Of a stretch of DNA of 64,000 nucleotides, positions 58,957 to 64,000 are shown in pieces. The DNA is from an uncultured Chloroflexia bacterium (lineage in GTDB: Bacteria > Chloroflexota > Chloroflexia > QHBQ01 > JADMIH01). Under the pieces are notes generated by a model, which did not search any database, had not been told where the DNA came from, and worked only from the letters and a program-made list of their open reading frames with translations. The stretch's first letter is position 1. The number at the start of each line of letters is the position of its first letter. Position numbers and translations under genes: made by a program. The stretch spans positions 320,001 through 384,000 of the forward strand of contig CAWCNY010000001.1 of the NCBI GenBank assembly GCA_963797095.1. The letters run 5' to 3'.

Positions 58957-59910
58957 CTAAGGTGTGCGTCCTTCCGTGGGCAAAGCACGCCGCTGCCTGT
59001 GTAGCAAACTCATAGCGCGCCTACCGAGCGCCGAGCGCAGCACCAGGCCCGCTTTGTTGCGGGTCTCGTAAGTTGGGTCGAGCAGGGCAGCCATAAACGC
59101 TATGCCGAAAGCCTTCCAACGCTGCCCACCCGAAGGACTGTCGGCCAACGCTGCCGCCGTGTAGTAGAGGTTCATACTTTGCGCAGCCAGCAGCAAGCGC
59201 GCACGCTCCAACGGGTTTTTGATGCGCTGGATGTAGCGGCGTTGCATCTGCCTGTTGGACTTATACCGCTCGCCCATCTTGCCCGCCGTCAGGCTTGTTG
59301 CGTGCCGCGTGAAAAGGATCAGCGGCTTATCGACAACTCCGATTGGAAATCGCCTGGCGATCCGAATCCACATATCCCAGTCCTGCCCAAGCGGCATATC
59401 CTCGTCAAACATACCCACAGTGTCGAAGCATTCCCGCCGGACCAGAGTCAATGAAGGGTTGCCCACTGTATTCTCAATCAGGATCTGCGGGTAGATGTTC
59501 TCGGAGCTGATCGAGGGGCGGCGCAACAGATAAGGAGCCTGTCCCTTCTCAAATACCTGCCATTCGCTCCCACTGACTAATCCCACGCCGGGATATCGCT
59601 CTATATGCGCCAACTGCAACTCGATCTTGTCGGGCAGCCAGCGGTCATCGCCATCGAGAAAGGCTATCAACTCGCCTGAGGTCTCGCGGATACCGGTGTT
59701 GCGGGCAGCACCCGCCCCGCTATTGGGCTGGTAGACATACCCCACACCCCGTCCCTCGAACGAAGCAACCACCTCGCGCGTATCATCGGAAGAACCATCG
59801 TCCACCACCACGACCTCGTCAGGCACGCGCGTCTGGCCCAACACGCTCTCAATGGCCGCAGGCAAGAAGCGGGCGTAATTATAGCCGGTAATAACAGCAC
59901 TAATCTTCAT
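58957..59910 (-). CDS. glycosyltransferase family 2
   Basis: ISAVITGYNY, VVDDGSSD, ARNTG, FLDGDD, QDWDMWIR. Confidence 0.92.
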   Translation of the reverse strand: MKISAVITGYNYARFLPAAIESVLGQTRVPDEVVVVDDGSSDDTREVVASFEGRGVGYVYQPNSGAGAARNTGIRETSGELIAFLDGDDRWLPDKIELQLAHIERYPGVGLVSGSEWQVFEKGQAPYLLRRPSISSENIYPQILIENTVGNPSLTLVRRECFDTVGMFDEDMPLGQDWDMWIRIARRFPIGVVDKPLILFTRHATSLTAGKMGERYKSNRQMQRRYIQRIKNPLERARLLLAAQSMNLYYTAAALADSPSGGQRWKAFGIAFMAALLDPTYETRNKAGLVLRSALGRRAMSLLHRQRRALPTEGRTP

Positions 59911-59914
59911 GGGC

Positions 59915-60003
59915 GTGACGAGTGAGGAGTGACGAGTGAGGAGTGAATAGGCAATACGCAGTAGCTCAGGTCTCCCCTTCCACTCGCCACTCGTCACTCG
60001 TCA
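59915..60003. repeat. inverted array of 7-mer repeats (GTGACGA/GTGAGGA...TCGTCAC) forming an intergenic hairpin
   Basis: GTGACGAGTGAGGAGTGACGAGTGAGGAGTG followed by CACTCGCCACTCGTCACTCGTCA. Confidence 0.6.
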
Positions 60004-60006
60004 GTT

Positions 60007-61626
60007 TCACGTCCCTCCAAGCCTTAGCACAACGGCAACCGTGCGAAGCAGAATCAGCAGGTCAAGGTACAGCAACTCGTTCTTGATATAGTACAGGTCG
60101 TACTCTACCTTGCGCAAGGCATCGAGCATGGTATTGCCGTATCCGTGGCTTATCTGCGCCCACCCGGTGAGGCCGGGACGCACCGCTCTCCTTGCCCTGT
60201 AGAACGGTATCTCGCGCTCAAGCTTCTCGTCGAACTCGGGCCGTTCGGGCCTTGGCCCCACGAAGCTCATGTCGCCTATCAGCACATTCCACAACTGCGG
60301 AATCTCGTCCAGCCTGCTCTTGCGCAGGAACCTTCCTACGCGGGTGATGCGCGGATCGTGGTCGATGGCCCACACCGCGCCTGTGCTTGCCTCGGCATCC
60401 TGGCGCATCGTGCGGAACTTCACGATCTTGAAGCTCTTGCCGCCCCTGCCCACCCGCGTCTGCCTGAAGAAGACCGGGCCAGGCGAATCGAGCTTGATGG
60501 CGAGAGCCACCAGCGGCATCACAGGCGTGGTGAGCGCCAGCCCCACCAGCGCCATCCCGAAGTCCCAGGCGCGCTTGACCATCATGTAAGTGCGCCCGTT
60601 CTTCTTCACGTGAGCCGGTAGCGCCACATACCAATCGTCGCCAAGGTGCGACACCGGCACGCGGCCGGTCAGGTCCTGGTAGAGCGCGAACATGGGCGTG
60701 ATCTGCACCCCCTGCTCGTGGAGTAGCGACAACGTTCTCAGGAGTTGCGGTGTCTGGGTCGGGTTGGCAAGCACGACCTGGTCCAGCCCCTGGTTGTTAT
60801 GGATCGGCAACAGCTCGGAGGTGGGCCATACCAGCGCGGCATGAGTGTCCGCCGGTCTACCGTCGTGCGTCGGCCACTCCAGCACACGATGGAGATCGTT
60901 CATGTCATCAAAGTAGCCCAGGAATTCATATGTTTTGCCGTCATAGCGCGCCAGCGCGTCCGCCATCTCAAAGCCGTCACGGTTGGCACCTATTACCACC
61001 ACCTTGCGGCGCATAGGTGCGCGAGTAAGGATCGCCGATACGGCGACGCGCGCCAGCACCAAAGGAATGGAAAGCATGATAGCCTGAAGCGTTTCGCTGA
61101 TGCGTGGGCGCAATACGGGCAGCAACCCTCCTGCCAACCAGGCCAGCAGCGTGTAAGCTACAATGGTCAAAACGAGCACTTTGACCGCGGTGTAGCCGCT
61201 CCGAAAGCTGCTTTGCATGACGGGTATCTTGTAGGCATCGAACGCGTCCGCGAAGAAGAACCACAGCACCGCGATAATACCCAGACTGATACCCATGTTC
61301 AGGGGTTGGTAATTGCGCTCGGAAAGGGTCAGGATGATAAGCCCGCCGCCCATCACCACCATCCAATCGCACAACGCCTGCATGAACTTACGCTCACCCA
61401 GGCCCAGAGCTGGCATACGCGAGGAGCGTGGCGGTTGCGCACCCGCCTCGTCCACCAAAGGAAGGACAGGAATTGAAACCGCGTTGTGGGCAGCAGGGGG
61501 CGGGGACGTGGTTACAGTACGCGTAGGGCGTGGGAGCATCTGCTCGCGCGAATGTGTGGTTGTAATTCGTAGTCCAAGCACGGACGCGAGCGTGCCCTTA
61601 CGTTTGACGTCAGGTAGCTGAGCCAT
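60007..61626 (-). CDS. exopolysaccharide polyprenyl glycosylphosphotransferase (initiating sugar transferase)
   Basis: TM domain, VVIGA, KRAWD, SPGPVFFRQ.RVG, KFRTM, DPRITRVGRFLRKSRLDEIPQ, GDMSFVGPRPE. Confidence 0.93.
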   Translation of the reverse strand: MAQLPDVKRKGTLASVLGLRITTTHSREQMLPRPTRTVTTSPPPAAHNAVSIPVLPLVDEAGAQPPRSSRMPALGLGERKFMQALCDWMVVMGGGLIILTLSERNYQPLNMGISLGIIAVLWFFFADAFDAYKIPVMQSSFRSGYTAVKVLVLTIVAYTLLAWLAGGLLPVLRPRISETLQAIMLSIPLVLARVAVSAILTRAPMRRKVVVIGANRDGFEMADALARYDGKTYEFLGYFDDMNDLHRVLEWPTHDGRPADTHAALVWPTSELLPIHNNQGLDQVVLANPTQTPQLLRTLSLLHEQGVQITPMFALYQDLTGRVPVSHLGDDWYVALPAHVKKNGRTYMMVKRAWDFGMALVGLALTTPVMPLVALAIKLDSPGPVFFRQTRVGRGGKSFKIVKFRTMRQDAEASTGAVWAIDHDPRITRVGRFLRKSRLDEIPQLWNVLIGDMSFVGPRPERPEFDEKLEREIPFYRARRAVRPGLTGWAQISHGYGNTMLDALRKVEYDLYYIKNELLYLDLLILLRTVAVVLRLGGT

Positions 61627-61983
61627 GAGTGCGACCAGATTTCCTTCCGGGGGGACCTATCCCGCGCCTGGGGACGGGCTTGCTAGAGGCGTGATAATGT
61701 TGCGGCACGCTCTCGGCAGATAGCGACTCTCGTGCAAAGTACTAATACTGCGCATCTATATAGTAGCTTAAGAGGCACGCCAGGGTCATCACCCAAAAGG
61801 ATTAGTTGTGTGGTAAGGCGCAATTAGGCATAGATTAGCGCGTCCCCCGCGCAGTACAGGGCGCGGCACAGTATAGCACAGATGGGCAGAAACCGGTGTT
61901 TGCTTAGCGTCTTGCTTGTATCTATAATTGGGCATATTGCGGGTCACCCCAATCTTCGGTCGGAATCTCATCAGGTCGGGCAG

Positions 61984-64000
61984 ATGCTAAACCCCGTATA
62001 CAGGCGATCGGCCTTCATTGGGCGAATACATGAACTCAGTCTGACCCTGGATCAGTATCAAGCTACGCTGTCCGGACATGCTCATGTCGTGCTGCTCGCG
62101 GGCGATCCGGGCATCGGCAAGACACGCTTGATGGAGGAAGTTGCGGCCCAGACCTCGGCGCGGGGAGCAATTGTGCTGCGCGGCGGGGCTTCGGAGGCCG
62201 AGGGTATGCCCCCCTATTTACCCTTCCTGGAAGCCCTCGGTTCATATATCCGTGAAGCTCCACCGGACCTGCTTCGCGCCCAGGTCGAAGCTTCGGCTCC
62301 CACCCTGGTTGCCATACTGCCTGAGCTAATTACGCGCCTCGGCGCGCCCGCTGCAAGCTATTCGCTGCCTCCGGAGCAGGCACGCCTGCGGCTGTACGAG
62401 GCTGTAGGAGAATTCCTGGCAAATATCAGCGCGCGCCGGCCATTGGTGTTGCTGTTGGATGACTTGCAATGGGCTGATGCCTCCAGCCTTGACCTGCTCT
62501 GCTACGTGGTGCGACGCCAGGCAGGTGCGCGGCTCCTTGTGCTGGGCAGTTACAGAGAGGACGAGGCCGAGCAGAATCAGGCGCTTGTTCGCGCGATAAC
62601 AGAGCTTAACCGCCAGCGATGCTTTACCTCGATTGGTATGCATGGATTCGAGGCAAAGGATATCGCCACGCTGGCCGAGTCGTACCTGGGTGCTCCCCTC
62701 GATACCACCGCCGGTCTTACGCTAATTGCGCAGAGCGAAGGCAATCCCTTTTTCGCTGAGGAACTGCTTCATGATTGGGTCGGATCGGGCTTGCTCAAGC
62801 AAGGTGAGGATGCGTGGCATCTGGTCGAGGGCCAGGAGGAAAGCCTGCCTACAAGCATAGCCAGGACAATCCGGCAACGCCTTTCACGACAGCCGCCCGG
62901 GGTGGTCGATCATCTACGCACGGCCTCCATTATCGGGCGGAATTTCGAGGTAGAGTTCCTGGCGGATATCGAGGGAACAGACGTAGAAGTGGTGGAGGGG
63001 CATCTCAGGTTGGCCGCGCAGGCCCACCTGATCCGGCAAAGTGGGGTCGGAACCTACTCATTCAGCCACGACAAGATACGTGAATGCCTCTATTTGGAGG
63101 TAAACTCCACCCGCTCCACACGCTTACATGGCATCATTGGGAAAGCGCTGGAATCTCAATACCAGGGGGACGAAGCGCCACATCCGCCACGCACCCGGAA
63201 AGAGGAAGCCCAACAACTGGCGGACCTCGCCTTTCACTTCGCGCGCAGCGGCGACCGCCGCAAAGGAGTTTATTACTCACAGCGAGCCGCTGAGGAAGCG
63301 TTGCAGGCGTACGCGCCGCACGCCTCGATTGCACACTACCGAACTGCGCTTGGCCTTGTTGCTGCGGGCGACCCCAGGCGAGGCGCTTTACTGCTGGGAT
63401 TGGGCGATGCCGAGCTACTGGCCGATGCCGACCAGGATGCGGTTGAGACCTTCACGGAAGCCAAGGCCCTGTTCCTTACCTCCGGGGACCCCTTAGCTGC
63501 CGCTCGCGCGGCCCACATGGAAGGGAGGGCCTGGTGGAGGCTAGAGGTGCCTGCGCATAAGGCCCTGACAGCGTTCAAGGAGAGCCTGGCATTGCTCGAC
63601 AGTCTGAAAGATAAGGCGGCGATTCCTGAAACTGTGCTCACCCTGGCAGACCTGAGCAGCAGGCTGGTGATCAACCTGAACAAGTATGAGGAAGGCCTGC
63701 AATATGCTCAGCAGGCGCTCCAGATGGCGCGTGAAATGGGCGACAGCCGCCTTGAGGCCTCGGCGGGGCGCACGTTGGGGAATTTGCTGGCTCGCAGAGC
63801 CGCTATCGGCGCGGGCATTCCACTACTTGAGAGATCGCTTGAGCTGGCGGTCGTTGCAGATGATCCCGTGGAGGCAGCCGAGTGTTGCGCCTGCCTGGCA
63901 AATGCCTACTATTGGTCGGGGAATCCGCTCCTCTCAATGGACTTCACAGAAAGACGGCTCGGATTCGCTGAGCAGTCAAAAGACCCCTACCAGCTCCGGC
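61984..64000 (+). CDS. STAND-type AAA ATPase / TPR regulator, 3' end outside window
   Basis: Manual translation from ATG 61984: FIGRIHEL...LAGDPGIGKTRL, LLLDDLQWAD, EGNPFFAEEL, FSHDKIRE, LAFHF; absent from the ORF track because it has no stop in the window. Confidence 0.88.
   Translation, partial: MLNPVYRRSAFIGRIHELSLTLDQYQATLSGHAHVVLLAGDPGIGKTRLMEEVAAQTSARGAIVLRGGASEAEGMPPYLPFLEALGSYIREAPPDLLRAQVEASAPTLVAILPELITRLGAPAASYSLPPEQARLRLYEAVGEFLANISARRPLVLLLDDLQWADASSLDLLCYVVRRQAGARLLVLGSYREDEAEQNQALVRAITELNRQRCFTSIGMHGFEAKDIATLAESYLGAPLDTTAGLTLIAQSEGNPFFAEELLHDWVGSGLLKQGEDAWHLVEGQEESLPTSIARTIRQRLSRQPPGVVDHLRTASIIGRNFEVEFLADIEGTDVEVVEGHLRLAAQAHLIRQSGVGTYSFSHDKIRECLYLEVNSTRSTRLHGIIGKALESQYQGDEAPHPPRTRKEEAQQLADLAFHFARSGDRRKGVYYSQRAAEEALQAYAPHASIAHYRTALGLVAAGDPRRGALLLGLGDAELLADADQDAVETFTEAKALFLTSGDPLAAARAAHMEGRAWWRLEVPAHKALTAFKESLALLDSLKDKAAIPETVLTLADLSSRLVINLNKYEEGLQYAQQALQMAREMGDSRLEASAGRTLGNLLARRAAIGAGIPLLERSLELAVVADDPVEAAECCACLANAYYWSGNPLLSMDFTERRLGFAEQSKDPYQLR

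Noticed and set aside
1-64000. rRNA or tRNA genes
   Set aside because: None recognised by eye; a tRNAscan-SE/Infernal run would be needed to exclude small RNAs.

Overview
GC-rich bacterial window, most likely Chloroflexota. This is inferred from the SBBP+SLH surface protein, the Pro/Thr-rich lipoprotein linker, several F420-type enzymes and STAND-LuxR regulators. The first ~14.8 kb is a co-oriented (minus-strand) tandem array of at least 9 alpha (metal-dependent TIM-barrel, DgpC/DfgA/CarB-like) and 9 beta (DUF6379, DgpB/DfgB/CarC-like) C-glycoside deglycosidase subunit genes plus one Gfo/Idh/MocA oxidoreductase; the array runs off the left edge. It is followed by a STAND-LuxR regulator, a LacI regulator, a family-5 (Opp-type) ABC importer, an MFS-cytidylate-kinase-like fusion, an ANTAR pseudo-receiver, a 14-bp x10 repeat and F420-type oxidoreductases. 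One promoter architecture (TTCCCAGGYTTTTNNRGT-N22-TATACT) precedes the deglycosidase array, the ABC importer and the dienelactone-hydrolase operon, which suggests a single regulon. The right half holds an uncharacterised OsmC-like / acyl-CoA-dehydrogenase-like / PhnD-like / MetE-II operon with a possible attenuator leader, GH3 and frameshifted GH51 glycosidases, IS3/IS481-like/IS630 elements, a PIN-type toxin-antitoxin pair, many gene relics, exopolysaccharide genes and a partial STAND ATPase. All family calls come from reading motifs by eye; no database search was run.
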